DNA of 64,000 bases from a virus, in IMG/VR virus record IMGVR_UViG_3300037067_026753. One strand, written 5' to 3'. Both the position numbers and the translations under genes were made by a program. The notes beneath the pieces were generated by a model, which saw nothing but the letters and a program-made list of their open reading frames with translations, ran no database searches and had not been told where the DNA came from. Each line of letters begins with the position of its first letter. Within the stretch, counting starts at the first letter, position 1. Positions 1-10,813 of the stretch are shown here, piece by piece.

Positions 1-84
1 TTGAAGACTCAACGACTTTCACCAGCTCTGATCCCTTGAATACTGCGACTTTTGTTCCACTTTTATGCACTTTTGCACTCCAAC
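1..84 (-). CDS. partial CDS running off the window edge (N-terminal MNLCWSAKVHKSGTKVAVFKGSELVKVVESS...), strong GGAGG RBS upstream
   Basis: ATG at 82-84 (minus) preceded by GAGGAGAGATACT; ORF continues past coordinate 1. Confidence 0.35.
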
Positions 85-104
85 ACAAATTCATAGTATC
101 TCTC

Positions 105-381
105 CTCAGTTAAAGTGAAATTTGTTTTGCTTTAATCTCATTCTCAGTTATTACAACAAACTTCATATTATTGTCATTTACATATTTTCTAGCAGCTTCA
201 AACTTTAAAACATTTCGTTGTAATGTTGTAGAGAATTTGGGCTTAACTTCAATTAAATCTCTTGAGCCATCTGCATAAACAACTAAAATATCAGGCCAAT
301 AGCTTTTTTGCCTTTTAGAGACTGGCTTATTTTTCTTTTTGTCTCTTCAGATTTGGGTTTGCCTTTCTGCAAAAAACTCAT
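105..381 (-). pseudogene. frameshifted homing-endonuclease-like remnant (NUMOD3-type motif KGKPKSEETKRKISQSLKGKK, then PD-(D/E)xK-like segment VVYADGSRDLIEVKP in another frame)
   Basis: own translation of minus strand; two frames needed, no single intact ORF. Confidence 0.3.
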
Positions 382-393
382 TATACTATCCTA

Positions 394-1032
394 TTACATT
401 AATTTTACTAACTCATTACAATGTTGACAGACAACATAATTTGAAGTATAACTTGGTTTTCTATTTTGATCTACAAGATCATCAATAGTATAATGTTCTT
501 CATTCTCACAATGAGTACAAGAAACTTTCACATAAGAATTTTCTAAAACAAATGCATTAATTTCTTTGGCCGTTTTTTCTAAACTTGTCTCTTTTATTTT
601 AGAAATTATAGATGTGCCATATCTTGCCGAGAAAAAATAGACTTTATCTTCAATAGCACCGTTCTTATATGCTTCTTCATAACCTACAGTCATTTTAGGT
701 TGACTGTTGCAATACCATACCCATCGTGCTTCATCATATCTGAATCCACATGTCCATACATCAGATCTCTTATTAATCAAATTTTTTTTAATTTCTTCAG
801 TCTGTGTTGCAAGTTTCAATTGTTTTATGATTTCAAAACTTGCTCTTACAGGATTTGAAGGGAATGTATCTTTAACGCGTTGAATGATTTTGTTTTTTGA
901 AACATCAACAATGACAATATCTTTCTCTAAACGAAACGCCTTCAAATTTCTTTGAAGGTCTATAGATGATATTGCTTGTTGTTCTAGTTTCTTGACAACA
1001 TTAAAACAAAAAAAATTAGAAAAAAACTGCAT
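394..1032 (-). CDS. hypothetical protein (212 aa)
   Basis: six-frame ORF, same orientation and tight packing with neighbours. Confidence 0.5.
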   Translation of the reverse strand: MQFFSNFFCFNVVKKLEQQAISSIDLQRNLKAFRLEKDIVIVDVSKNKIIQRVKDTFPSNPVRASFEIIKQLKLATQTEEIKKNLINKRSDVWTCGFRYDEARWVWYCNSQPKMTVGYEEAYKNGAIEDKVYFFSARYGTSIISKIKETSLEKTAKEINAFVLENSYVKVSCTHCENEEHYTIDDLVDQNRKPSYTSNYVVCQHCNELVKLM

Positions 1033-1034
1033 AT

Positions 1035-2777
1035 TTAATTTTTCTTTTTATTAATATAGGACATAGGCATATAAAAATCTTCACCAGTTTCTGTAATGAA
1101 TTGTCCGTATTCGCCACTATCGATTGTAGTCACAAAAGATACTTTCTCTCCCTTTGTGATAACAGAATTCCCTTGCTCATCGAACCAATATGTACCTTCA
1201 TCATGATCAACTGGAATGTCTTGAGAAACAACAAATATATTCGATTTTTTTACCTGTTCTAAGTCATTAATATTTTTCATTATAGTCTTTTTGTCATCGA
1301 GTCTAATGATGAACATGGGACCACGTTGTGAAACAACTTCTCCAATTTTTCCCTTTTCTTTACCAGTTTTTATTTTAACCCTATCACCAGATTTGATTTT
1401 TGTTTTAGCAGTTTTATAGAGAGATTCTTCTGAAGCAAAAAAACAACGGGGACATTCTATAATATCTTGTTGCCCTGCATCAACGGAAGTGGCCTTTATT
1501 TTCCAAAGATCTGTTTTAAAACCACATTTTAAACATTCAAATGTATCAACTCTTGAAACTGTTTTATTTGCAGGAGCAATTTCTAGAACAACAATAGGAA
1601 CTTGTTTGCGTAATTCAAAACCTGGCTTTAATCCCGCATCATCTTTTATGTCATGAGGATTATCATAAGGAATATCAGAATAATCATGGGTGGAAATTGA
1701 GAAATCTTTATTACCTGATTCATTTTCAATTGGATGAGTTGCTTCTTTTTTACCAAAAACTTTTTCAAGGATTCTATCGACAAAACCTGTTTTTTGTTTT
1801 GGTAAGACTTGACAAAGATTTTCTAACTCTTCACTTGAAAGAGTTTCTTTTGCTGTGAGTATTTGATTTGCTGTTTTGATTTCTATAGAACCGTCTTGTT
1901 TGATTGCAATATTTGCAACATCAGTATCCTTTGATGCAGCTTTTAAAAGAACTCCATCCTCTTTTACCATTGTTTCAATTTTCGAATTGAGGATATTTGC
2001 AAGCAGATAATTACTAACTTCAGAAGTGGAAAGAATTTTTCTAAAAACAGCGCCAGCAAAAGCAGGATTAGCTACAAGAGAAACATCAAAAAATGTGTTA
2101 TTTATACATATTTCTGCAGCTCTTCTTGATGTCCCATCAGGTAGTCTATAAGTAGAACCTTTATTACCACGTCTAAGATGTTCACAATATGATGTAGGAT
2201 CATTTGCAATGTTTCCACAAATACTGCATCTTGTTTGAGCTGTAGTACAACCCATAGAAACTGCATTTATAATACCATTTTCAATATTTGCTACAAGATC
2301 TTTGTGTCTTCTATCTACAGAAAAAAGGACATCAATAAGAAGTGTGTCACCCATGTCTCTTGCAATGACATCAATGCATTTTCCTTTTGCATTTTCTAAT
2401 CTTTGATCATGTTCTACAAAGGTTGTTGCTCTTTTAAAGGACTTGTAATCTTTTAAAAGATCATTACATGTCCAAGCATCATGATTGTCATTGATAAATT
2501 TTTCAGTAGCAGTAGTAATCCAGTAGCCATTGTCTTCAGTTTTTACCCCAGCCATAATCGTAGTATGAATGTAGATAAATTTCGTTGGATCAATTGTGCT
2601 TACAACCTGAAAATCAGCCTCTTTATCGACAGCTTCTTTGTCAACAGCTTCTTTTTTGGGTTCTTCAATAGTGTTTTTGATGTTTGCTTGTTTCTTTAGA
2701 GCACTCCAACTACTAATGTCACCACCCAAAATTTCGATTTTTGCTGTTTTGAGCATGCCAACTTTATTGAAAGACAT
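1035..2777 (-). CDS. prohead maturation protease-like protein (HK97 S78/U35-type C-terminal strand motif FFDVSLVANPAFAGA, His then AVSMG Ser) with inserted CxxC zinc ribbon, fused to C-terminal KOW-like/scaffold-like region
   Basis: motif recognition in translated ORF; position downstream of terminase-portal genes. Confidence 0.5.
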   Translation of the reverse strand: MSFNKVGMLKTAKIEILGGDISSWSALKKQANIKNTIEEPKKEAVDKEAVDKEADFQVVSTIDPTKFIYIHTTIMAGVKTEDNGYWITTATEKFINDNHDAWTCNDLLKDYKSFKRATTFVEHDQRLENAKGKCIDVIARDMGDTLLIDVLFSVDRRHKDLVANIENGIINAVSMGCTTAQTRCSICGNIANDPTSYCEHLRRGNKGSTYRLPDGTSRRAAEICINNTFFDVSLVANPAFAGAVFRKILSTSEVSNYLLANILNSKIETMVKEDGVLLKAASKDTDVANIAIKQDGSIEIKTANQILTAKETLSSEELENLCQVLPKQKTGFVDRILEKVFGKKEATHPIENESGNKDFSISTHDYSDIPYDNPHDIKDDAGLKPGFELRKQVPIVVLEIAPANKTVSRVDTFECLKCGFKTDLWKIKATSVDAGQQDIIECPRCFFASEESLYKTAKTKIKSGDRVKIKTGKEKGKIGEVVSQRGPMFIIRLDDKKTIMKNINDLEQVKKSNIFVVSQDIPVDHDEGTYWFDEQGNSVITKGEKVSFVTTIDSGEYGQFITETGEDFYMPMSYINKKKN

Positions 2778-2857
2778 GAGGCCTCCGAAAAATTGTCAAT
2801 CTTTACACAATTTTTTGATAAAAGTCTTGATTTATAAAAACTTTAGAAAAAGTCAAT

Positions 2858-3343
2858 TTACCATTTGATTTTTGCTCGTAACCATCCATTTAGATCACCA
2901 GGTATTGCACCTACAATACCTATGACATCAGCATTACCACCTATATTTTCGTTTGTCAAAATTCCATTTGAATTAACATATAGTTTTTGATTATAAGTAT
3001 AAATTCTTGTCGTGTCATAAGCATTTCTATTAAAATCTAGCAAAACATCATCTGATATCATTGATGCTGAATGATTGCTTGAATCGACAGGACTGTTTTC
3101 ATATTTATATGGTCGTCTTGCTGTTGCCAATCCATCCATATCTTTAAAATCATACTGTTTTCCATCATAATCTTCAAGTTTGTAACCGTTGATAAGCAAA
3201 CCAACTGTTTCATTTGGCAATGCTTTTTCTACAGTCATTTTGTCTACAAATCTTACTATTTGACCACCATACCAACCTGTTCTTAGAAGATTAGGTCCAA
3301 TTTTAACATTAATTCCCCAGTATTTATAGTGGATCTTAATCAT
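2858..3343 (-). CDS. hypothetical virion-module protein (161 aa)
   Basis: ORF in morphogenesis block. Confidence 0.45.
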   Translation of the reverse strand: MIKIHYKYWGINVKIGPNLLRTGWYGGQIVRFVDKMTVEKALPNETVGLLINGYKLEDYDGKQYDFKDMDGLATARRPYKYENSPVDSSNHSASMISDDVLLDFNRNAYDTTRIYTYNQKLYVNSNGILTNENIGGNADVIGIVGAIPGDLNGWLRAKIKW

Positions 3344-4047
3344 ATTCTTCCTGGCCTTGGTTTTATTCTTGTGGGTCGTTGTATTATAGGCTTTAATTCT
3401 CTTGGTCTTTTTTCTGTCAATGGTTTTTCTTGTTCAGGTTTTGTTGGTGTCACTGGAGCCTTTTGTTGTGGTTTTGTAGGAACTGGTTTAACAGGTACCT
3501 TAAGAGTTGGTTTGACAGGACCTTTTTGTGGGCCTTTGAACTGATCAGGAACTATAAATCTTTTAAACAAAGGTATTGACGCAGCAACATGTTTACAAAT
3601 CAGATACCTTCTTTGTGGATCTCTTATATTGGGAGCGGTACCATCCGAGTATTGACGCTCAGAATAATCTTTATCAAGAGCATTAAAATCAGCACCATTA
3701 TATTTCCAAGCATTACAATTACAAGATATTTCGACTTCTCTCCCAAGCATACCCTGTGTTTTAGGCCCTGTACCTAATAACTTAAAACGGACATCATAGG
3801 GCCCTTTGCTTTTTGTTTGATGACATTTTACAGAAAACATCCATCTACCATTTTTAGGATCATTACGTTTTGTTGTTGCTACACACCCTTTAGCATATTT
3901 GATAGATTTTTGATTTGTCTTAAATAATAATTCTCCTGCAGACATAGCAAGTTTTGCAAAAGGATCAGAAAACAATACTCCAAGCGGAATAATTTTTCTT
4001 GACAATAACTCATTTGCTATAGATTGAATGGCTTCTTTATTCATCAA
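3340..4047 (-). CDS. SWIM-type zinc-finger protein (CNCNAWKYNG...CKHVAA) with Pro/Lys/Thr-rich C-terminal tail
   Basis: CxCxnCxH SWIM signature in translation. Confidence 0.5.
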   Translation of the reverse strand: MMNKEAIQSIANELLSRKIIPLGVLFSDPFAKLAMSAGELLFKTNQKSIKYAKGCVATTKRNDPKNGRWMFSVKCHQTKSKGPYDVRFKLLGTGPKTQGMLGREVEISCNCNAWKYNGADFNALDKDYSERQYSDGTAPNIRDPQRRYLICKHVAASIPLFKRFIVPDQFKGPQKGPVKPTLKVPVKPVPTKPQQKAPVTPTKPEQEKPLTEKRPRELKPIIQRPTRIKPRPGRI

Positions 4048-4445
4048 TAATCTCTTGCTTTCCCTATTATTGTTCCTATAGTACGCGAATCATTCCATTC
4101 AGGTATTGCGCCCAGTCTAGCATTACTTGCTTTTGTCACGTCATCATATAATTGCTTTGATGGGAAGATATATACAGAACCTTTTGCATATGTCTCGTTG
4201 TCAACGTATTTATCGTTTAGATCAAAGATAATCTCAAAAACTATTTTCCAATGTTGATAAGATTGCTCTGTCTCATCTTCTCTAAAACTTGAATCTTTAA
4301 GTTCAAGATGTACATGTTTAGATTTAATAGAACTAATAAATTGTTTTACTTTTTTTTCGAAATCAATCTTATCGACAAATTTCTGTTTCGAAACTGTTCT
4401 TTCACTTGCTTTCAAAATTTCATTTGTAATAAGTTCTATATTCAT
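4044..4445 (-). CDS. hypothetical protein (133 aa)
   Basis: ORF, translationally coupled overlaps. Confidence 0.45.
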   Translation of the reverse strand: MNIELITNEILKASERTVSKQKFVDKIDFEKKVKQFISSIKSKHVHLELKDSSFREDETEQSYQHWKIVFEIIFDLNDKYVDNETYAKGSVYIFPSKQLYDDVTKASNARLGAIPEWNDSRTIGTIIGKARDY

Positions 4446-6697
4446 ACTTTAAATTCTTCTCGAATTGTTTCTCTAATTGCACTTTTGATTTTTTCAATCT
4501 CGTGTGTTTCATTTAATTTTGATTCAAGTAAAAAAGTAAGTTTTGAAATATTATCAGCATATAAATCTTTTGCAGCATTTACTTTTTCTGTAATTGGCAA
4601 TTCATCTTTAATTCTAGATGCAAAAACTTGAGGTAAATATTTTTTAAGCGTATGAATTCTTATTTTAGTTGTCGAAGATCCATTTAAAGCAAGAATTTCA
4701 TTTTCTAAGTTCAAAACAGCACGTCTAGCATTCTGACTCAATTTTAAATCTTTTATCATTGAATCAACCCAAGCCTTCTTTGAGTTTTCTTCAACAATAA
4801 TAGCAGCACCAAGTTGCTCAGCTTTATCCGTGTCCACAAATGGAATATCAGGGATTTCAACTTTATTTTCAGATTCAGCAAATAATTTTACTTTTTTTTG
4901 ATCTGTTCTTTCGGGTTTGAGTCTTTTTTCTAAAGGAACTTCCAGTTCTTCTATTTCATCGTCTCTTTTCTTATCTTTTTTATTTTCTTGTCTATCATAT
5001 CTACGTTGTTCTCTTGTTTCTGCTGTTTTTGTAATTTTTTCATTTTGTGTCGCAAACATTTCTGTTGATGCTTCAGGTTCATATTTTAAACCAAGTTCTT
5101 GTGCCCTTAATTCCGCAATTGCAGGTGCAAGAGTTCTTCCAGCTTCGGTAGCAGCACCATTCATCATGGTGAAATAATTAATATCGAGTGGAGTACCTTC
5201 AAATCTCTTGAGCCTTTCTTTAACAGTTTCAGCGTCAAGCCCAAAACACTCGAGCCAAGTTTGCATATCGATTTGACCCTGAGTAACCATTTGAGCAAGC
5301 ATCTGTTTATGGGCTGTATCATCAACAAAATTCAATCTGTTCCATTTGATACGAGGATACAACCATTTGATTTTCTTTTCTTTCTTAGAAGTACCTTCTT
5401 CATATTCTGCCCAATCATTTCTTTTGGCCATAGGAAGAAATAATGATTGAATCACATAACTTTCAATTCTTTCTCTATAAATTGAATATTTTTGATTCAT
5501 TACTTCTAATACGGTTTGTCCATTAGCATAAGAACCTTCACCTAACAAGAAACTTTTATTTATCATTAACCCTATCAACAGTTCCTCGTTTATCCAATTC
5601 CATTCTGACTCTAATTGCATCAACCCTTGACTTGTTCCAACAAGGTCCCAATGCAATTCATAGTTAGTAATGATGGCGTAATCAGGATCTGCAAAAGCAC
5701 TGTCGACCTGTTCTCTAATTATATTCAGATCAGCCATACCTGTAGAATCTGCCCAAATCAAATGTTTCGGCGTAAGATGTCGAGAAGCTACAGCATCCTG
5801 TGATTGTCTTAATCTGTCTTTATAAATAAGAGTTTTGAAATTTCTCTCTACAATACCAGTACCCACAAGGTCATAATCAGCCATTTTGTAGGTGACATGA
5901 GCCACATGGCTACCATGATTTGGATCTGTATTTAAAGGTATTTTCTTTCCTGTTTGTACAAGTTCAATAACATCTTCAGGTATTGCTTTAAAAAGAACAC
6001 CTGTTTTTGGGTTATCAGGTCCATTGTTAATAATTTTCTTCATTTGCTCATTTGGAATTAAATCGACTCTCATTATATCAGTAAATTGAAGTTTTTCAAG
6101 TTCTATATAATCAGGATCTAACAGAGTCAGTTTTGTCCAACGGTTTTTCTGTTCGCTCCATCGAGCAAAAGGAAAGACGTTACCAAGTTTGTAGTATTCA
6201 ACACCCATTTGAAGGAGTTTATTGAACAAATCAATACCTTCAGTGGAACACATTTCTTCGTATTCTTCTTGGATCTTCCTTGTTTTTATCTTATCTTTGC
6301 TTGGGGGTAATGTCAATCTTATACTTGACAAAGGAAGTTCAGCATGAGAATCTATAGCAGTACTAACTAAAGGATCATATTTGTAAAAATAACGACACCA
6401 TGCATTTATTTCTCTATAATCACGAGGAAGTAAGATAGAACTTGGCTCAAATTCTGGGTGGTAAAAGCTTGGCATAGAATTCTTAACATTTGCTCCACCC
6501 CCACAAGTATTAGCAGTCTTAGACATTGATCTAGACATTCGATCTACTACACGTAACAAACGTTTGTTATATTTTCTGGGCTTTCCTTGATAAAACTCAG
6601 AATCTATAATAGTTGTGTCATTCCCGAATTTGATCGTAGCGCCATTCTTTTTCATGCCACTTGAATCAAGTTCAGAGCGTTTTTTTCTTTGAATCAT
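4442..6697 (-). CDS. putative portal protein (751 aa)
   Basis: size and position immediately downstream of large terminase in head module; no diagnostic motif. Confidence 0.4.
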   Translation of the reverse strand: MIQRKKRSELDSSGMKKNGATIKFGNDTTIIDSEFYQGKPRKYNKRLLRVVDRMSRSMSKTANTCGGGANVKNSMPSFYHPEFEPSSILLPRDYREINAWCRYFYKYDPLVSTAIDSHAELPLSSIRLTLPPSKDKIKTRKIQEEYEEMCSTEGIDLFNKLLQMGVEYYKLGNVFPFARWSEQKNRWTKLTLLDPDYIELEKLQFTDIMRVDLIPNEQMKKIINNGPDNPKTGVLFKAIPEDVIELVQTGKKIPLNTDPNHGSHVAHVTYKMADYDLVGTGIVERNFKTLIYKDRLRQSQDAVASRHLTPKHLIWADSTGMADLNIIREQVDSAFADPDYAIITNYELHWDLVGTSQGLMQLESEWNWINEELLIGLMINKSFLLGEGSYANGQTVLEVMNQKYSIYRERIESYVIQSLFLPMAKRNDWAEYEEGTSKKEKKIKWLYPRIKWNRLNFVDDTAHKQMLAQMVTQGQIDMQTWLECFGLDAETVKERLKRFEGTPLDINYFTMMNGAATEAGRTLAPAIAELRAQELGLKYEPEASTEMFATQNEKITKTAETREQRRYDRQENKKDKKRDDEIEELEVPLEKRLKPERTDQKKVKLFAESENKVEIPDIPFVDTDKAEQLGAAIIVEENSKKAWVDSMIKDLKLSQNARRAVLNLENEILALNGSSTTKIRIHTLKKYLPQVFASRIKDELPITEKVNAAKDLYADNISKLTFLLESKLNETHEIEKIKSAIRETIREEFKV

Positions 6698-6743
6698 TAT
6701 TTATACCTTTAAAATTATTAATCTGATTAATTCTTTAGAAAAA

Positions 6744-7376
6744 TTAAACTGCATCCCAATCAATAATTGATGCATGTGGCCCGTGTCTATGTCTAAATCT
6801 AAATTCTGAATTCATAATGTATTCAAAAATGTCTTGTTGTTTTGCACCAACAATTGAGGCTAATTCAGCTGCAATTTCTTGATTTGACATTGTCGGGTGT
6901 TGCTCAAGTCTCATATTTATAAGAGTTCTTTGAGAACCTGTAAGACCACATTTCCTATTCAAACGGCGACATGCTCTTTTCAAGTAATTAATTTCAATAG
7001 CAGCAGATTGAAAAAGGCTATCATTCATATCAATGTCATCTGGCACTCGCAAATTATCTATTCTTTTTTTAAGTTCATCAATCTCTCCTTGAGTATCATA
7101 ATCAGTTTGCAAATCTTCAAGTTGTTTTTTAAGCTCATCTATTTGAGATTGAAGTGCATCGGTACCAGCATCAGAAGGAGCCTCTGCCCCTGTATCAGTA
7201 GCAGGCATATCAGCTATATCTTGTGCTAGATCAGGATTTGGTTGTTCATCAGGGCTAACAGAAGGATCATCAGCAGGAACATCTACAGGTTCATTAGTAC
7301 CCGTTGTTTCATCGGGCGGGGTATCTTCTGCTGGTGCACTTTGTCTAATAAATCTATCAAACCATGGATGTTCCAT
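6744..7376 (-). CDS. acidic D/E/P-rich protein with C-terminal helix-turn-helix-like segment (possible scaffold or small terminase-like)
   Basis: composition; locally elevated GC. Confidence 0.4.
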   Translation of the reverse strand: MEHPWFDRFIRQSAPAEDTPPDETTGTNEPVDVPADDPSVSPDEQPNPDLAQDIADMPATDTGAEAPSDAGTDALQSQIDELKKQLEDLQTDYDTQGEIDELKKRIDNLRVPDDIDMNDSLFQSAAIEINYLKRACRRLNRKCGLTGSQRTLINMRLEQHPTMSNQEIAAELASIVGAKQQDIFEYIMNSEFRFRHRHGPHASIIDWDAV

Positions 7377-7659
7377 GCTCTCTCCTTTGTTTTCTCTCTT
7401 GTCTTGCTTTTTCTATCTGTTCCTGTTTTTGTTTGAATAATTGTCTTGTTATTGCTGCTCTTTTTTGATTTGTAAAGAAACTTGTCTGTTTCTCAATTGC
7501 ATTAGATAAGTCTAAAGCTTGTAAAGCCATTTTTTGCATACCAATAAGATAAAATTTAGCTGAAATATCATTCTCTTTCAACATCGAAATTTCTTTATTT
7601 AATTCTTGAGAATGAAACTTCAGTTTATTAATTATTTCTCTAACATGTTCTATACTCAT
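7357..7659 (-). CDS. hypothetical coiled-coil protein (100 aa)
   Basis: ORF. Confidence 0.4.
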   Translation of the reverse strand: MSIEHVREIINKLKFHSQELNKEISMLKENDISAKFYLIGMQKMALQALDLSNAIEKQTSFFTNQKRAAITRQLFKQKQEQIEKARQERKQRREHGTSMV

Positions 7660-9599
7660 CTAAATGATCTCACTGGATGAATAGCTCTTTGCAAATTAGT
7701 TACCGTTTTATGCAATTTCAAACGTCTTTGATAAGCTTGATGACTTGCTACTTTATCACCTGTTGACGTAAAAGTTTGCACTCCATTTGTTCCAACAATA
7801 CTCAAAGCAGACATCCCGATTTCATTGTTAGTGGCTATATATGAAGCATTGGCTAAAACATCGCACAAGTCATCCGTTGTTATTTCTCCAAGAGTAGGTG
7901 CCTCAATTAAAAATTGTTTTTTCCCAACTCTTTTTTCCTGTAAATTTTTAAGTTCTTTTATTCCCCGTTCATGATAAAACATGTCGAGTCTTTCATCATA
8001 AATAAGATCTCTCAAATTTTTGTAAATTTTAGTGTTGTAATGTCTACTAAAAGGAGTTTTGAGAGCATTCAATCCTAATTTTTTGAACTTAAGAACAGAA
8101 GATGTACTGTCAAATTGGTCAAATACTATTTTCACTATTCTGAATTTTTGACATAAACTTGTTATATATTCGTGTATGACTTCTTCATCGATATAAGGCA
8201 ATCCTTCAAATTCAGGATCTCTTAATGACCAAACTTTCCATCTGTCTAAAATGACAATTGTTCTTTTTTGTCTTTTTTCTTTTCCTTCGATTACATTAGT
8301 TTTTTCTTTTTGTTCTACATGAACCATAGCAAGAGCATATCCATTTTGAGATGATGAAGGATCTACAGCTATATAATGGGCATAATTTGAAACTGGGACT
8401 GTTGTTTCACTATCTCTTGTGATACAAGCATCAATTTTTTCAGGGTATCTAAAGAATCCTGAAATTATAGAAGAGAATTCTGCACCAAATTCTGAGTCAA
8501 ATGATTCTGGGTTTCTCTTTTTTTCGCTTTCAAGATACTCGAAAGTAATTGTTTCATTCATCTCCCAAGTAGGTATTCTAAACATGATCTTGTTGAGATC
8601 AGGTTCATCACCTTCTCGACCTATACAATCAAGATATAGATCGTAAAAAATACCTGCTTTGATGTACGGCGACGAAATGCTTATGATTTTTCCATCAAGT
8701 CCAAATGTCGCTACAGAAGGAGTCAATGCCTCATAAATTTGATCTCCTGAACGGTTTCCCTCATTATCAATAAAGTGAGCAATCTCGTCAAGAATTCCAA
8801 CTATAATGCTACCACCACGTATACCACGTGCTGTACAAGGCAGAGCCAATATTTTTATAGAAACATGAGGATCTAAAGGTTTCCCGTGTAATCTTGTTTC
8901 TTGCGTATAGAGTTCTAAATCTCTTTTTGTTCTTAAACGAATCTCAGATTGATTTTTGCCTTCGACATAAGGCGTAAACCATTTTGAATTAAGAATTCTA
9001 TTTTGAGTAGCTTTTGCAAGAATTAATGCCTGATCTGTTGTACTGGCAATATTGACAATGCGAATTTCTTCGCCTTGGGGTAATTTATAGTATTTTTGAG
9101 GATCTACTTTTAAAATTAGTCTATATGCTTCATATGAAGAAATGACCGATGCAATAAATGTTTTACCAGATCTACGTCCACAAACTAGAACAAGTTCAAT
9201 AAAATCTTTAGGATCAAGGTTTCTTAAATTTGTTCTACCTTGTTGAATTAAAAAATTGACATATTCTACTTCAGTTAAATACTTCCCTTCCTCATCAAAC
9301 GGGAATGATCTTACTTTTATAGTTTTTTCTTTATCATCAAGTGAAATACCATAATAAACTTTAAGAACAAGTTTTTCAACAGCATGTAAGGGTTGATCAA
9401 GATAAAAAGGGTGTTCACAGAAGGTGATTATGTCAACTTCTTTTTCTGAATCATCAATGAGTCCCTTTGTTGCTTCTGCAAAAAGGGACTCAAACGAGAA
9501 GGAAGTATCTAAAATATCATTAGCCATTATTGTATGACGCCACAACTTCGAAAATAATGTCTTCTGTTGTTCTGTATCTAAGCATTGCAATTTTGACAA
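7656..9599 (-). CDS. terL: terminase large subunit (Walker A LVCGRRSGKTF, Walker B ILDEIAHF, C-terminal RNaseH-like nuclease Asp VDPSSS). True start may be Met at 9527
   Basis: canonical TerL ATPase motifs in translation. Confidence 0.85.
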   Translation of the reverse strand: MSKLQCLDTEQQKTLFSKLWRHTIMANDILDTSFSFESLFAEATKGLIDDSEKEVDIITFCEHPFYLDQPLHAVEKLVLKVYYGISLDDKEKTIKVRSFPFDEEGKYLTEVEYVNFLIQQGRTNLRNLDPKDFIELVLVCGRRSGKTFIASVISSYEAYRLILKVDPQKYYKLPQGEEIRIVNIASTTDQALILAKATQNRILNSKWFTPYVEGKNQSEIRLRTKRDLELYTQETRLHGKPLDPHVSIKILALPCTARGIRGGSIIVGILDEIAHFIDNEGNRSGDQIYEALTPSVATFGLDGKIISISSPYIKAGIFYDLYLDCIGREGDEPDLNKIMFRIPTWEMNETITFEYLESEKKRNPESFDSEFGAEFSSIISGFFRYPEKIDACITRDSETTVPVSNYAHYIAVDPSSSQNGYALAMVHVEQKEKTNVIEGKEKRQKRTIVILDRWKVWSLRDPEFEGLPYIDEEVIHEYITSLCQKFRIVKIVFDQFDSTSSVLKFKKLGLNALKTPFSRHYNTKIYKNLRDLIYDERLDMFYHERGIKELKNLQEKRVGKKQFLIEAPTLGEITTDDLCDVLANASYIATNNEIGMSALSIVGTNGVQTFTSTGDKVASHQAYQRRLKLHKTVTNLQRAIHPVRSFR

Positions 9600-10605
9600 G
9601 TTTGTTGATCATACTTGCTGTGTAGAGTTCTTTCAATTTTGGACTTTCTCTAAGTTTCTCTCTTCCAATTGCAATCCAATGACGAACCATTCTTTCAGTA
9701 AAAGCAGGATCTTCTTTACCAAGTTCTTTTGCGACCTCATTACTTGTCAGATCATCAGCTCCTGGATCATCCGGATGATAATATTTTAAAAGAACTTTCT
9801 TTTCATTGTCAGGTAATTTCTTGATTTCTTCCATGAAAAGTCTCATAATCTCTTTGTTTCTTAGAACTTCGTCCGGGAGAGGTTCGTTACTCTTGAGTGT
9901 GTCCATAAGAAGAAGTGCGCTCTCACCTTCATCACCAGAAACTTCTTCGTACATACTTTTGATAGTTCCCTGACCAAAAAGTTTTAAAATCTCAAGAGTT
10001 TTATCTACATCTGTCTTAAGAATTTCAGAAAATTCTTTAAGATCTTTTGATTCATAATCAGCATTTTCATCATCAAGTTGAGATAAATCGATTTTGTTAA
10101 AATCTGGCATTCTTTTATTTTTTTGAAAAAATGTCCTTAGAGCATTCTTGAATCTGATTTTATATTTTCCTACATCAGGTATAACTTCACCTTTACCTAG
10201 CATTTCGGCAATCGAGTGTCTATTGATTTTCGTTCCAAAAGCTTTTGCAATGTAACCTACAATTTCACCAGCAGATTTGGGAGTAAGTTCCATAAGAACT
10301 TCAAGAAAACTACTCTCAATGTGATGACGAATTTCTTCCCTTTCTTTTGCATTACTAGCAAGTTCAGAAACTTGTTTCATCTTTTTCCCTATCAATCCGC
10401 CAAATGTCTCGCGTAAATCATCAAAGACTCTTGTTTTATCTTTTCTTGATGTTGCTGAATCTTGCAAGGTTTTAACAGCGTTTACAAGATCATCACCCTC
10501 CAATTTTTTAGATTTAAGCCAAAACATTTCACTCTCCTTTTGTTTGTGACATTGCTTTTCGTTTTTCTTTTCTCTTTTCAAGAATGCTTCTTCTTTTGTC
10601 AGCAT
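9520..10605 (-). CDS. HTH-containing protein upstream of terL, possible small terminase subunit / sigma-like DNA-binding protein
   Basis: position; sigma region-4-like HTH near C-terminus. Confidence 0.35.
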   Translation of the reverse strand: MLTKEEAFLKREKKNEKQCHKQKESEMFWLKSKKLEGDDLVNAVKTLQDSATSRKDKTRVFDDLRETFGGLIGKKMKQVSELASNAKEREEIRHHIESSFLEVLMELTPKSAGEIVGYIAKAFGTKINRHSIAEMLGKGEVIPDVGKYKIRFKNALRTFFQKNKRMPDFNKIDLSQLDDENADYESKDLKEFSEILKTDVDKTLEILKLFGQGTIKSMYEEVSGDEGESALLLMDTLKSNEPLPDEVLRNKEIMRLFMEEIKKLPDNEKKVLLKYYHPDDPGADDLTSNEVAKELGKEDPAFTERMVRHWIAIGREKLRESPKLKELYTASMINKLVKIAMLRYRTTEDIIFEVVASYNNG

Positions 10606-10786
10606 CCTCTCCTATAATACAATCTAGTAATCTATGTTCACTTCCCTTTACTACTCCTGAAAATCGGGAAATCAATCTTCTTGTTTCACTTCCACATTCT
10701 GGACATTTTGCATCTGGCGAATCTATATGCAAAAATTCTTCAAATTCATATCCGCAACTAAGACAAGAAAATTCATAAATGGGCAT
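10529..10786 (-). CDS. FmdB-family zinc-ribbon protein (MPIYEFSCLSCGYEFE...CPECGS)
   Basis: FmdB/TIGR02605-like N-terminal signature. Confidence 0.6.
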   Translation of the reverse strand: MPIYEFSCLSCGYEFEEFLHIDSPDAKCPECGSETRRLISRFSGVVKGSEHRLLDCIIGEDADKRRSILEKRKEKRKAMSQTKGE

Positions 10787-10813
10787 ACAGCACCTTTAAT
10801 TTCATTTAATTTT

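Noticed and set aside
2481-2868. Plus-strand ORFs 2481..2699 and 2638..2868 antisense to the protease-like gene
   Set aside because: Low-complexity F/S-rich translations lying entirely inside a well-supported minus-strand gene. Typical AT-rich antisense artefacts.
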